DNA from: a virus
Taxonomy: Duplodnaviria; Caudoviricetes
Length of the DNA stretch: 44,557 nucleotides
Direction: 5' to 3' (one strand)
Virus record (IMG/VR): IMGVR_UViG_3300026085_000002
Span: 1-44,557 of that record
Position 1 is the first letter of the stretch; each line of letters begins with the position of its first letter. Positions 22,401 to 30,039 of this stretch are shown piece after piece. The translations under genes were made by a program, and so were the position numbers. The notes under the pieces were generated by a model, which was not told the origin of the DNA, ran no database searches, and saw nothing but the letters and a program-made list of their open reading frames with translations.

Positions 22401-25400
22401 CGGATCCGGTGCTGTTGTTAAAACAACAATTGATTCAAATGGTAAAGTTACCGGAACAGAAATTGTTAAGAAAGGTCAAAATTATAATAAGTGCGAACTT
22501 GTTGTTAGACCATTTAAAGTATTAGTTGATATTGATGAAACTGCTAAAAATTATTGGACTATGTATGAATGGAACGAAACAACAAGTTTATGGATAAGAA
22601 CAAATACACAAACTTATGATCTTAGCAGATTCTGGAGTTATAAAGATTATATTTCACAAGGATTTGATATTGATACAACAATTGACTGGAAAATTTCAGC
22701 ACCGTATCAATTAGATACTATTACTGACGAAGTTGGCGATTATATTGAAGTTGATAATGCGGGTGATGGTAATAAAATGATTTTACAAAAAGTAGAATCC
22801 AATGGTACTTATAATAGCAATTATGATCTTAAATTTAAACAGCGTGGTACAATACAGTTTAATGACAACTTGTATGACTACACATTATTAAACTTTGGTT
22901 TTGCTGGAACAGAAAACTTTGATATTAACCTGTTTGATGAACAGCCAGCGACAGAAACAAGAATTATTCTTGATGTAATTAGAAATTATATCTTTGTTGA
23001 CGATTTACGTGAACATTGGAACAAACTATTCTTTGTTGCTGTTAAGTATGCATTAAGTGAAAATGTGTTTAGTGATTGGGTATTCAAAACAAGTTTCCTT
23101 AACGTTGTTAATAACCAAGGCGGGTTTAGCAAAAAACTTAATTACAATATTACAAATCCTGCGTTCATTGAGGACTACATCAAAGAAGTTAAACCTTATA
23201 GAACAAGCGTAAGAGAATTTGTTACACGTTATAACAGCACTGAAACGAATAATATTGGAACAACTGACTTCGATTTACCAAGTTATTACAATGAAAGTAC
23301 AGGTAAATTTGAAGTATTAAACATTGACTCGGAACAGATAACACAATCTCCATACAATAATTGGTTTGACAATTATACCTATAGTGTAGGATCGTTTGTT
23401 ATCAGTGATCCAGGTGAGGGTTATACGCAAAATCCGTTGATTGTTATTACAGGTGGTAGAGAAAGTAAAACACCTATCGTACAAACTAAACCATATATTA
23501 CATTAGTTGACAAAGACTACGACGGAACACATTTTTATATTAAAACAACAAGTTTACCAAATCACAGTTTCCCTACTCAGGTAAATCGACCAGTTGCACA
23601 GGATTTTGTATTTAAAATTCCAAGGTTCCCACAGAAGGCACTGACAGCAGTTTCAACGCCTATGGGACCAATCGGTGTAGCAACAAATGGTGTTGTGTTC
23701 TTTAATCCAAAGTCTGCGGAAACAGAACTAAGAAACGGAACTGTTTATACAATAAATGCACCAGATGATGATGCAGTGCATTTGGGTTTACGTGATGGAG
23801 GTCATATAGATCCAGATGGTACATATCATTATCATAGCGATCCTGTAAAACTTTACACGAAAGATAAAACAGTTCATTCACCATTATTAGGTTATGCTTT
23901 TGATGGATATCCTGTTTACGGTCCTTACGGTTACAGCAATCCAAACGGTCCAAGTGATCCTAAGGTAATAACATCTAGTTACAGATTAAAAACACAACCA
24001 AGAGCAGACGGCTCTATTCCGAATGGAAGATACATTGAAGACTTTGAGTTTGTTGCAGGGTTAGGCGATCTTGATCAACACAACGGTAGAGTTTGTGTTA
24101 CTCCTGAATATCCTCAAGGAACTTACGCATACTTTGTTACGGTTGATCCTAATGATACAGATATACCTGTTTATCCATATATTATAGGACCTCAGTATGG
24201 AGGTCAACCAGTATTACCTAATGGTAATTTTGAACTACCAAGCGGTCCTACCGCTGACGCTACCGCGGAAGCCTTCGTTGCACGAGGAAAACTGAGAGAG
24301 ATTCGACTAAAAACAGAAGGCAGTGGTTATACAAGTGCTCCAATTCTTACTGTAATTGGCGGCGGTGGTGAAGCAGTGACCAAGGTTGCTAAAGCAGTAC
24401 CGGTTCTTAAAAACGAGAAAGTAAGAATCAATACTATTAATATGAAGTTTGATAGACTTAATACTAGCAACGTTATTTTAAGTGAAACCACAACAGACAC
24501 TTATACAGCAACAGAAGGTCAAGTTACATTTAAACTTACCTATGTTCCTACACTAGATAAACGTCAATTTGAAATTAATATTGATAATGAAACTGCTTAT
24601 ATTGAATCTTATGACATTACCATTAAGTCTAAAACAGATTACACATATAAAGCAGAAGAAGGTTATATTATCTTTAAAACACCTCCAGGTCAAGGTGCAA
24701 ATGTAAGCATCAAATACAAGAAAAACATCGACCTGATGAGTGCAACTGATAGAATTGAATACTATTATTCACCAACTGCTGGTATGCCAGGTAAAGAACC
24801 TGCACAATTAATGACAGGAGTTGAATATCCTGGAGTTCAAGTACAAGGTTTAGACTTTGGTGTCAGCGTAGGTTGGGACGGTTTACCTTGGTTCAGTCAC
24901 GGTTGGGATACATTCTCAGGATCAAACACTGACTATGCTTTTAGAGCCGACGGAAATACAAATACATTTACACTTCCTTATGTTCCAGAAGACCAGTCAA
25001 AAGTTAATGTTTACTTTGATGGTGTAAGACAGGATCCTACAAACACACCAACTATTATTGGTGACGGAACAAATGCAACCGTAACATTAAACGTTACACC
25101 GTCATCAGGAGTATTAGTGGTATTCCGTCAAGAAGATTCAGACGGAAGTCTTGTTCCAACAGACGTAAACAATCTTGATTCTATTATTTCAGGCGGCACG
25201 TTTGCTTATGATACAGCAACAGGTAGTAAACCGGAAGATATTTCACTAGACGGCGATGGATTCGTAACACCTTATACGTCACACGCACCAGAAGAAGTAG
25301 TACCAGGTCAGGTATTTGACACAGTTTCAATGAAGATTTACAATGCACCAGCAGACGGCTCACCGATTATTGTTACAAAAAGACATTTTGGTGACGGTGT

Positions 25401-27357
25401 AGAAACAACATTTGGATTTGATAGATTACCTGGAACAGAAGCAAGTATATATGTAACGCAAAATGCTCAGTATCTAACTGACAGCGACTACACAATTAAC
25501 TGGAAAAACAAAACTGTAACACTTTCTACAACACCTGCGTTAAGTGAAGTTGTAACAATTCAAACTTTAAATGTTGCAGGAACTAAAATTTTAGAAAGAG
25601 CAACGTTTACCGGTGATGGGTCAACAACTGAATTTGAATTAACAGCAAAATATGAAGATGTTAAGAGTGCGTTTGTAACAGTTAATGGTATTAAGAAAGA
25701 TTATGTACTTAGAAAAGCAAATAATGGATCAATTATTGTTGATGTTTCTTACACAACACCAACGGATCATATTATTCAGATAGTTGCACTATCAACAACA
25801 GCAAAAACATTTAGTGAAATTAAAACAGACGAAATCATTCACGATGGTTCAACATCAGAATATGCACTTTCAGAAGTTCCAGGCGATATTGCACCACTTC
25901 ACGCAATGGCTATTGTTGAAGTTAATGGTGTAAGATTAAAAGCACCGGACACTGTTTACTATGTTTCTAATGGTGTAACACTTGATTACCTTGTAAGTCA
26001 AGATCCAAACTATCCAACATTTACACTAGCACTTGGTGAATTAGAAGTTTACTTGAATGGAGTTAAGTTAAAGGCAATTTCAGACTATCAATTTGACACT
26101 GCGACAAACTTGTTAACATTCTATGACGGTAATCTAACAGCAGGTGACGTAATTGCAATTACTATTTTAAGAAATCACGACTATGAAATTAATGTACACG
26201 ATCAAGCAGATAGTTCAAGAGCGGCTTATGTAAGATTATTAACAAGCCATAGTGATCAGGATAAAGTTAATGTTACAACATTTACAAATCACGATGCAAA
26301 CTTAATGCGTAAAGAAGTTTTTGCAGGTAACGTTGGTGGAAATTATACATTATCAAGAGTAGCAGTTGATACAAACTATGTTTGGGTTGAACTAGACGGA
26401 CAACCGTTGCGTGGTGATATTGATTATAAAGTTTTAGATGACAGAAGATCTGTTTATATCGATGATAGAATTACTCAAGCAACAACATCAAGAGTAGTTA
26501 TTACTTCATTTAGCGAAGAAATTTCATATGATGCTGTTGGATATCATATTTTCAAAGATATGTTAAACAGAACACACTTCAAACGTATTAGTGCTCAGGA
26601 TAGAACTAAATTAACATCTGCACTAGTAAAAACAAGCACACAAATTGAAGTGGAAGATGCAAGTTTCTTACCTGAACCGAGCAAAGACAGACGTGTTCCA
26701 GGCGTAATATTTGTTGATAGAGAAAGAATTGAATATTATGAAAAATCTGGTAACATATTAAAACAAATTACTAGAGGTACACTAGGTACAGGTTTGAAAG
26801 ATAACTATCCAATTGGTACTTTAGTTGAAGATGCTTCGGTTAATCAGACAGTTCCATACTCAGATACGGTAAATGTGTATGAAAGTGTTATTAGAGATGG
26901 TTTACCACACGGTCGTCAAACACACGTTTTAGAAACGCTTAATATTGTAAGCGGTGTTGATGCTCACGATCAGGTTGAAGTGTATTTGGGCGGCAGAAAA
27001 CTACAAAAACCAACACCAACTGCTAATCCTATCAAAGATCATAACATTGAAATTGCTTTTGATAGTTATGAAACTAACAGTGTTGGTACAGCAAGTGATG
27101 TAGAGCAAGTACCAGAGTTTACTGTAGAACCAGTCAGCGACAGTACTGTTAAAGGATATTATAAATTAGTATTAAGAGATGTGCCTCAAGATGGTTTGGA
27201 ACTAAAAGTTGTACAAAAACAAGGCAGAGTTTGGTACGAACAAGGCGTCACAACCGCGTCAAACGGGGTCACACTGCAAAGGGCGGAAACAACACAGGCT
27301 AAATTCTTGCTAGAGAGAACCTCTGGTTTACCTGTAATAAATATTAAGGAAGTATAG
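13468..27357 (+). CDS. Giant (4629 aa) multidomain baseplate protein in the gp7 position, with cupredoxin-like, CBM5/12-like, FG-GAP propeller, YHYH and repeated beta-rich domains
   Basis: Follows gp6. N-terminal LLPLYFRTE..KKFL and internal FYQGFIKEKGT resemble gp7-type motifs. Domain motifs are given in the findings. Confidence 0.75.
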   Translation: MAYSDKDTPVNIENKDKHRNSADLLPLYFRTEANKKFLGATIDGLISKGNLDRLNGYVGSRFTTNAKATDVYVTEPTSNRRRYNLLPSAVVRDEFNDKTEWVSTYDDLLNQLNFFNGNTERQDRLTSSDYYVWNPLINYDKFVNYRQYYWLPNGPSPVTITGFAKGSQSTFEVKNKNQDAYIFTPDGYAENPILRVYRGTTYTFSIDSQGHPFYIKTAKTVGTGDQYNTGVTGNGSEQGMLIWTVPDSAPDFLYYQCGVHSKMNGIIEILNADEELAINVESEITGKKDYTSANGVKFTNGLKINFEGSVTPTSYLDRNFYVTGVGKSIKLIAEDELDTPELYSSNFDYEFDIEDFDDTPFDDVESYPTKPEYITIDISSQDKNPWSRYNRWFHKEVIEAAARYNNTSIILDEDQRAKRPIIEFKPNVKLHNFGVKGVANVDLVDTQTTDAMSNVEGSIGYYADQEILQQDMRVIFNADTDITVKGKIYKVNFVKHEGKSRIHLVEDTVPSEGDSVVATAGVNNQGTSWYFDGSSWQKGQQKTSLNQQPKFDLFDKDGNSYSSSTYPGSTFMGNELVSYKIGTGSNDVELGFPISYQNVDNVGDITFEFDWDDNTFDYTGTDGFVKTIDTASGYAKVFSDASNYQYQSGWQKSTKKTRQAIIQINDFTEESTIIQLSCIDDSALKYRNFEVTVEFDGKTHKPVSDFDFLEVEGSPFIVLQFKNTIPVGTRTRTKIYTTEKPNNNGFYEAPINLTNNAENNDLTTFTLGSISDHFKTIFENNINITGVAYGSNNARDVNDIHLDGLRYVKHQGSLLNSMFALVDYDSNIIKATRKVANDYNFFKEQLLQKATEIELTGDIKRDLDLVLYAMSQNRDPGKPYYYSDMLGYGKRVTTLEYEVKTITQNIFGITTLFDPKKIQNRAVYVYLNNELLFLGKDYEFDTVDDSVTIKRTLKQGDKIVINDYDTVGGVVPQTPTKLGLYPKYEPMKYDDETYVETQTVIKGHDGSIMLAFNDFRDDILLEFEKRIYNNLKVEYNKKVFNIDEYVPNAFRKTEYTRDEFLNILRQDFGMWTNMFTIDYVTNNFLDETNEFTYNYKSNRDNLKNEFLPGYWKGIYMHYYGTIKPHLAPWEMIGFTEKPSWFDNEYGAAPYTSGNKKLWNDLEKGIIRDTTGLEINSVYARPGLSKMIPVNDYGELLDPIRAGIVGELNQSNFKQEYDFGDNAPSEFSWRNSSWYPYAIQVALMLMKPAEYFGKLFDTGQNEIAPSGNFLYKITGKVLDLTDVRIHESVVNNVKHFGYGYHTFIVEYLKSQSKDSISVYQDKIKRTSMNLVYKVGGYTSKTRLRVLLETNNNANSQSVFLPNENYEILLRTSNPVTSKKISGIIVEKATDGFKIRGYDRYDPNFIIRKPIHTKQDPVINVGGQSASFVNWNANKFYTAGQIVELTNGGFWRCTVQHTSTTEFDDSKFIRLPGLPTTGGAEVQKAKRYESTNTIIPYGTTYTKVQDVYDLIMGYGEYLKSEGFVFDKYQEVIKEIQDWAFSGKEFLFWSTQGWVEGSVITLAPFADGLKFSFNYAQVDNVLNSFYEYTLLTASGTPLSKDNFTTTRESGVFTLRPIDTNNGLYYAQLNLVQKEHLLIFDDRSVFGDIIYDQEAGYRIQRLKLLGFKTSEWDGDTYSPGFVYDEAQVTDWIQNQDYYLGDVVRNKNLYYSAKKFIPGTVTFDFNDWVYLGTKPVADLLPNLDYKASSFEDFYSLESENFDVQQTQFAQHLVGYQKRSYLDNLIKDEVSQFKFYQGFIKEKGTTNSISKIQRLQLDQVDTSIESNEEWAFKVGSLGSKSTTKEIEFALDEALNVDNPQGFDFVSAVTSGKKSSNVIELLSKDIAVKPNDYNNNPWPTFDMTLPGNTVDKIHRLPVAGYPRLDDVTMTVFNYDELIGNTVVNSLGEGSSVWVARSKNKDWDVYRLVGNRARVIETDDLQTSLASGIITLNTDVPHLLTKGELISIKDFDIDVDGVYEVNSITSPTQFTIATTLEDLDITEDSATGSLLELQSVRLTSVDDINNLKDISSYNVGSSVFADDDSTGNWAVYKKTEAYTRNKYGAPNTVVGQKFATKIVSGDQGRLIIASSIASGDEGTVSVLRRKFNTNITSLSPVQGFALSDNPLDDLVTGTPEFGSSLALSGTDNTMAVGAPRANNPKIAINDDPNNKFFKVSLLNSVVRPSVREGVVKLLEYDTASNLFVTKYILACPDVNNDANFGYSLAVSDNRLVVGAPGVTNSQGKVYIYTKSVQQDGSTVDWQLSSAMPELHLGVDAQDGDRFGETIAATKDMELIAVGVPNAEVSNADGDSTKNEGAVYVYRYADESGIYDLVQKIDLSNTDIATGDRFGASITMSDKGETLIIGAPYSDQNNTNNGALYYFRKTTDESTTDVYEFVQTILSPTTEVGERFGSQVSLNNAGTSFAVTAEGGSNYLETTFDDSGVLEFPTTFDANTTKIQDYQQGSGTVYTYTKLGTKFVFGQKLTSSDVREKDGFGTGLNFAVNSVLVGAPGAITTDENIQTGSLYVYQKQATAGWDKTRYEPELTDPYRVKNVFTYNTETSQVKDYLEVIDPVKGKIPYLAEKELAYKTDHDPAIYSASDLSVNVNANKPWTDEHEGELWWDLSTIKYLWYEQGDTEYRTNNWGSFFPGSSIDVYEWIATDLTPTEWLDVADTNEGIASGFSGTPKYDNNTYAVKRVYNATTNTFQTRYYYWVRNTVIVPEKDFRTLPAVEVASIIANPVAYGIKSLQLLGKNRISLSNVKTTLSDTDISLAVYYSTVATDLPEHNEWLILQENQTQKIDHKLLIKKLYDSLVGFDDQGNAVPDPDLPKQRKYGIQIRPRQSMFQDRLNALKVVLTYVNDVLAKNRISDTRDISGLSRNDPQPNTRSGKYDVKVDNFSDIANLGTQDLITATLGVELKNGRIEKVSIVKPGFGYKYAPEVTVLGDGSGAVVKTTIDSNGKVTGTEIVKKGQNYNKCELVVRPFKVLVDIDETAKNYWTMYEWNETTSLWIRTNTQTYDLSRFWSYKDYISQGFDIDTTIDWKISAPYQLDTITDEVGDYIEVDNAGDGNKMILQKVESNGTYNSNYDLKFKQRGTIQFNDNLYDYTLLNFGFAGTENFDINLFDEQPATETRIILDVIRNYIFVDDLREHWNKLFFVAVKYALSENVFSDWVFKTSFLNVVNNQGGFSKKLNYNITNPAFIEDYIKEVKPYRTSVREFVTRYNSTETNNIGTTDFDLPSYYNESTGKFEVLNIDSEQITQSPYNNWFDNYTYSVGSFVISDPGEGYTQNPLIVITGGRESKTPIVQTKPYITLVDKDYDGTHFYIKTTSLPNHSFPTQVNRPVAQDFVFKIPRFPQKALTAVSTPMGPIGVATNGVVFFNPKSAETELRNGTVYTINAPDDDAVHLGLRDGGHIDPDGTYHYHSDPVKLYTKDKTVHSPLLGYAFDGYPVYGPYGYSNPNGPSDPKVITSSYRLKTQPRADGSIPNGRYIEDFEFVAGLGDLDQHNGRVCVTPEYPQGTYAYFVTVDPNDTDIPVYPYIIGPQYGGQPVLPNGNFELPSGPTADATAEAFVARGKLREIRLKTEGSGYTSAPILTVIGGGGEAVTKVAKAVPVLKNEKVRINTINMKFDRLNTSNVILSETTTDTYTATEGQVTFKLTYVPTLDKRQFEINIDNETAYIESYDITIKSKTDYTYKAEEGYIIFKTPPGQGANVSIKYKKNIDLMSATDRIEYYYSPTAGMPGKEPAQLMTGVEYPGVQVQGLDFGVSVGWDGLPWFSHGWDTFSGSNTDYAFRADGNTNTFTLPYVPEDQSKVNVYFDGVRQDPTNTPTIIGDGTNATVTLNVTPSSGVLVVFRQEDSDGSLVPTDVNNLDSIISGGTFAYDTATGSKPEDISLDGDGFVTPYTSHAPEEVVPGQVFDTVSMKIYNAPADGSPIIVTKRHFGDGVETTFGFDRLPGTEASIYVTQNAQYLTDSDYTINWKNKTVTLSTTPALSEVVTIQTLNVAGTKILERATFTGDGSTTEFELTAKYEDVKSAFVTVNGIKKDYVLRKANNGSIIVDVSYTTPTDHIIQIVALSTTAKTFSEIKTDEIIHDGSTSEYALSEVPGDIAPLHAMAIVEVNGVRLKAPDTVYYVSNGVTLDYLVSQDPNYPTFTLALGELEVYLNGVKLKAISDYQFDTATNLLTFYDGNLTAGDVIAITILRNHDYEINVHDQADSSRAAYVRLLTSHSDQDKVNVTTFTNHDANLMRKEVFAGNVGGNYTLSRVAVDTNYVWVELDGQPLRGDIDYKVLDDRRSVYIDDRITQATTSRVVITSFSEEISYDAVGYHIFKDMLNRTHFKRISAQDRTKLTSALVKTSTQIEVEDASFLPEPSKDRRVPGVIFVDRERIEYYEKSGNILKQITRGTLGTGLKDNYPIGTLVEDASVNQTVPYSDTVNVYESVIRDGLPHGRQTHVLETLNIVSGVDAHDQVEVYLGGRKLQKPTPTANPIKDHNIEIAFDSYETNSVGTASDVEQVPEFTVEPVSDSTVKGYYKLVLRDVPQDGLELKVVQKQGRVWYEQGVTTASNGVTLQRAETTQAKFLLERTSGLPVINIKEV
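27338..27343 (+). promoter_or_regulatory. Late promoter core (A)ATAAATA inside the end of the giant gene
   Basis: TAATAAATA followed by the AAGGAAG RBS and ATG 27359. Confidence 0.55.
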
Positions 27358-27358
27358 T

Positions 27359-28021
27359 ATGTCAGACACTGAACAAAATAAGGAAGAGAACGTGCAAAAA
27401 GAAGTAAAAAAGCCTAACGAAAACTCAGGAGTTTTAATGGAAGGGCACATCAAGATTTTTGACCCAGAATCGGGCGAAATCCTTGTAAACAAACGTAATG
27501 CAATCCATTACGAAAATATGAGTATCTCACTTGCTGAGTCTTTGGGTAACGAAGGCAAAGGTAACATAGTTGAGATGGCATTTGGTAACGGTGGTACTAC
27601 CGTTGATCCAACTGGTATTATTACATATTTGACGCCAAACAATTCAGGTGTTAACGCTTCCTTATATAATCAAACATTCTACAAAACAGTAGATGATAAT
27701 AATACTAACAATACTGACCCTGCACGTAACTTTATTGAAACTAGACATACATTAGGAACAACATATACAGATATTTTAGTAAGTTGTTTGTTAGACTACG
27801 GTGAACCAACTGGCCAGCAGGCATTTGATAATGCAACTGATATGGACGGAGTTTATGTTTTTGACGAATTAGGTCTTAAAGCATACTCACCAAGTGGAGC
27901 AAACCAAGGAAGATTATTGACTCACGTTATTTTCCACCCTGTACAAAAGTCCTTGAACAGACTAATACAGATTGACTATACTGTGAGAATACAAAGTTTG
28001 ACTAACATAAGCGAGATTTAA
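27359..28021 (+). CDS. Baseplate / fibre-attachment structural protein (putative)
   Basis: Lies between the giant wedge gene and the fibre genes; GHIKIFD...MAFGNGG...VFDELGL...LLTHVIFHPVQKS pattern of phage tail structural proteins. Confidence 0.55.
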   Translation: MSDTEQNKEENVQKEVKKPNENSGVLMEGHIKIFDPESGEILVNKRNAIHYENMSISLAESLGNEGKGNIVEMAFGNGGTTVDPTGIITYLTPNNSGVNASLYNQTFYKTVDDNNTNNTDPARNFIETRHTLGTTYTDILVSCLLDYGEPTGQQAFDNATDMDGVYVFDELGLKAYSPSGANQGRLLTHVIFHPVQKSLNRLIQIDYTVRIQSLTNISEI

Positions 28022-28023
28022 GA

Positions 28024-30039
28024 ATGGCATATACTGTTAACTTTTCAGACTATGTACAAAAAGCACCGATCACTGTCGATGATAACAGTAGGAACACTTC
28101 TGACACATCATTAACGCTTATTGGTCGTAACGAACCAAGTTATGGTCAAGCACTTGCAGAAAATTTTGTACACATATTAGAAAATTTTGCAAACGCTACA
28201 CCACCAAACAATCCTATCGAAGGACAACTTTGGTTTGATAGCGGTACAAATAGATTAAAAATAAATGATTCAACTGCCGGTGCAAGTAACTGGAGACCAG
28301 CAGGTGGTGTTCACGTTGAAGCGATTGAACCAACTAATCCTATCAAAGGTGATGTTTGGGTTGATACAACAAACACACAATTATATATTCATACAGGATC
28401 ACAGTTCCAACTTGTAGGTCCTAACTTTAGCGGCGGATTAAAATCAGGTGCTCAAGCAGAGAACATAACTGATACCGCAGGTAACACTCATACAATTATT
28501 AAAAACTTTGTTGACGACAAAGTTGTTACAATTATTTCAAAAGATCAATTTATTCCAAGACAGGTTATTGAAGGATTTACAGAACTTTATCCGGGTATTA
28601 ATATTTCAAATACAGACTTTGATGGTAATGGTATTGTTCTTAATAAACTTCACGCAACAGCAACAAAGGCTGATGCACTTAACGTAACACAGCCTGCAAT
28701 TGAAGTTGTAAATGCAAATAACTTTTTAAGAAGTGATATTACAGATACAATGAACGGACAATTATATGTTCGTAACAATGGTGGTATTACTGTTGGTTCA
28801 AATCAAATTTTCAACTTAGAAATTGCAAGTAATAATGCTGTTATTAAAAATAACTCATTAGACGGTAACATTGATTTTAAAGTTTATCCAAATGCAGATA
28901 AAGTTGTGCAAACTGTAATGCGTGTAAGCGGATCAAACAAACGTGTTGGTATTAATAACTTATCTCCAACTGTTGATTTAGATGTTAAAGGTGCAGGACA
29001 CTTTTCAGATTCATTAATTGTAAGTGCAACAACAAACGCAGATACAACCGTAACAGCGGGTACAACAGGTGCATTAAGAGTAGTTGGCGGTGCTGGCGTT
29101 GGCGGTAATTTATACATTGGCGGAAACGCAACATTTGAAGGACACTTGGTACTAGGTGAAGTTGGTGGAGGCGGTGGTATTGCTATTCTTCCAACTACAA
29201 ATAGAAATTTAACTATCGGTGGCGATCCTGGAGATGGTAATGGAATTAGAAGTTTCCAAAACATTTATTCAGAAACATTTACAGGTAGATTAGTTGGTAC
29301 TGTTATTGGTGATGTTATTGGTAACGTAAATGGTACAGCAGATAGATTAGTTGCTAGTACAACATTTAAAGTTGGTGGACACGTTTCAGATACAACAGGA
29401 TTTAGTTTCGATGGTCAAACAGGCGGAACAACAAAAACATTTAACGTAACACTAACACAAGATGCTATCGAAGACCAAACAGCAACAACAGAAACAAGAA
29501 CAGATGACGACACTGTTTTAATTTCAAGAGCCAATGAAGGTTTAAAGAAAATTACTTATGGTGATTTCTTTGCAGGCGCGGCAGTTGTTCCACTTGGTGG
29601 TATTTTACCTTATGCGGGTACTACTGCACCAGCAGGATATTTGTTATGTGATGGGTCAGAAGTACCGATTGCAAGTTTCAATGATTTATATGGTGTTATT
29701 GGTACAACATATGGTACAGGTATTAACCCTGCAACATTTAAAGTTCCGGACCTACGTGGTAGATTCCCACTAGGTAAGGATAATATGGACAACAATAGAA
29801 CTGTTCAGAACACACAAAACTTACCAGTTGATGCAGGTGGTGGTACAGCAGGACGTATTACTGATACACAGGCACTGTCATTAGGTGGTTCAGGTGGACA
29901 CGAAACTATTGCATTAGATAGTAACACAACAGGTTCTGGTACACAGTTTACAGATACACAAGGTAGTGGAGCATATCAAACACAAAATATTTTAAATCCA
30001 TACCTAACATTAAATTACATTATAAGGGCGTTACCGTAA
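28024..30039 (+). CDS. Tail fibre-like protein 1 with C-terminal phage tail-collar domain
   Basis: N-terminal domain shared with the three paralogs; collar motif VPLGGILPYAG..APAGYLLCDG...FKVPDLRGRFPLG at 29587-29775; ends PYLTLNYIIRA. Confidence 0.85.
   Translation: MAYTVNFSDYVQKAPITVDDNSRNTSDTSLTLIGRNEPSYGQALAENFVHILENFANATPPNNPIEGQLWFDSGTNRLKINDSTAGASNWRPAGGVHVEAIEPTNPIKGDVWVDTTNTQLYIHTGSQFQLVGPNFSGGLKSGAQAENITDTAGNTHTIIKNFVDDKVVTIISKDQFIPRQVIEGFTELYPGINISNTDFDGNGIVLNKLHATATKADALNVTQPAIEVVNANNFLRSDITDTMNGQLYVRNNGGITVGSNQIFNLEIASNNAVIKNNSLDGNIDFKVYPNADKVVQTVMRVSGSNKRVGINNLSPTVDLDVKGAGHFSDSLIVSATTNADTTVTAGTTGALRVVGGAGVGGNLYIGGNATFEGHLVLGEVGGGGGIAILPTTNRNLTIGGDPGDGNGIRSFQNIYSETFTGRLVGTVIGDVIGNVNGTADRLVASTTFKVGGHVSDTTGFSFDGQTGGTTKTFNVTLTQDAIEDQTATTETRTDDDTVLISRANEGLKKITYGDFFAGAAVVPLGGILPYAGTTAPAGYLLCDGSEVPIASFNDLYGVIGTTYGTGINPATFKVPDLRGRFPLGKDNMDNNRTVQNTQNLPVDAGGGTAGRITDTQALSLGGSGGHETIALDSNTTGSGTQFTDTQGSGAYQTQNILNPYLTLNYIIRALP

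Noticed and set aside
13468-27357. Intein or intron explaining the size of the giant ORF
   Set aside because: No intein splice-junction or LAGLIDADG motifs noticed; the size is accounted for by structural domains.
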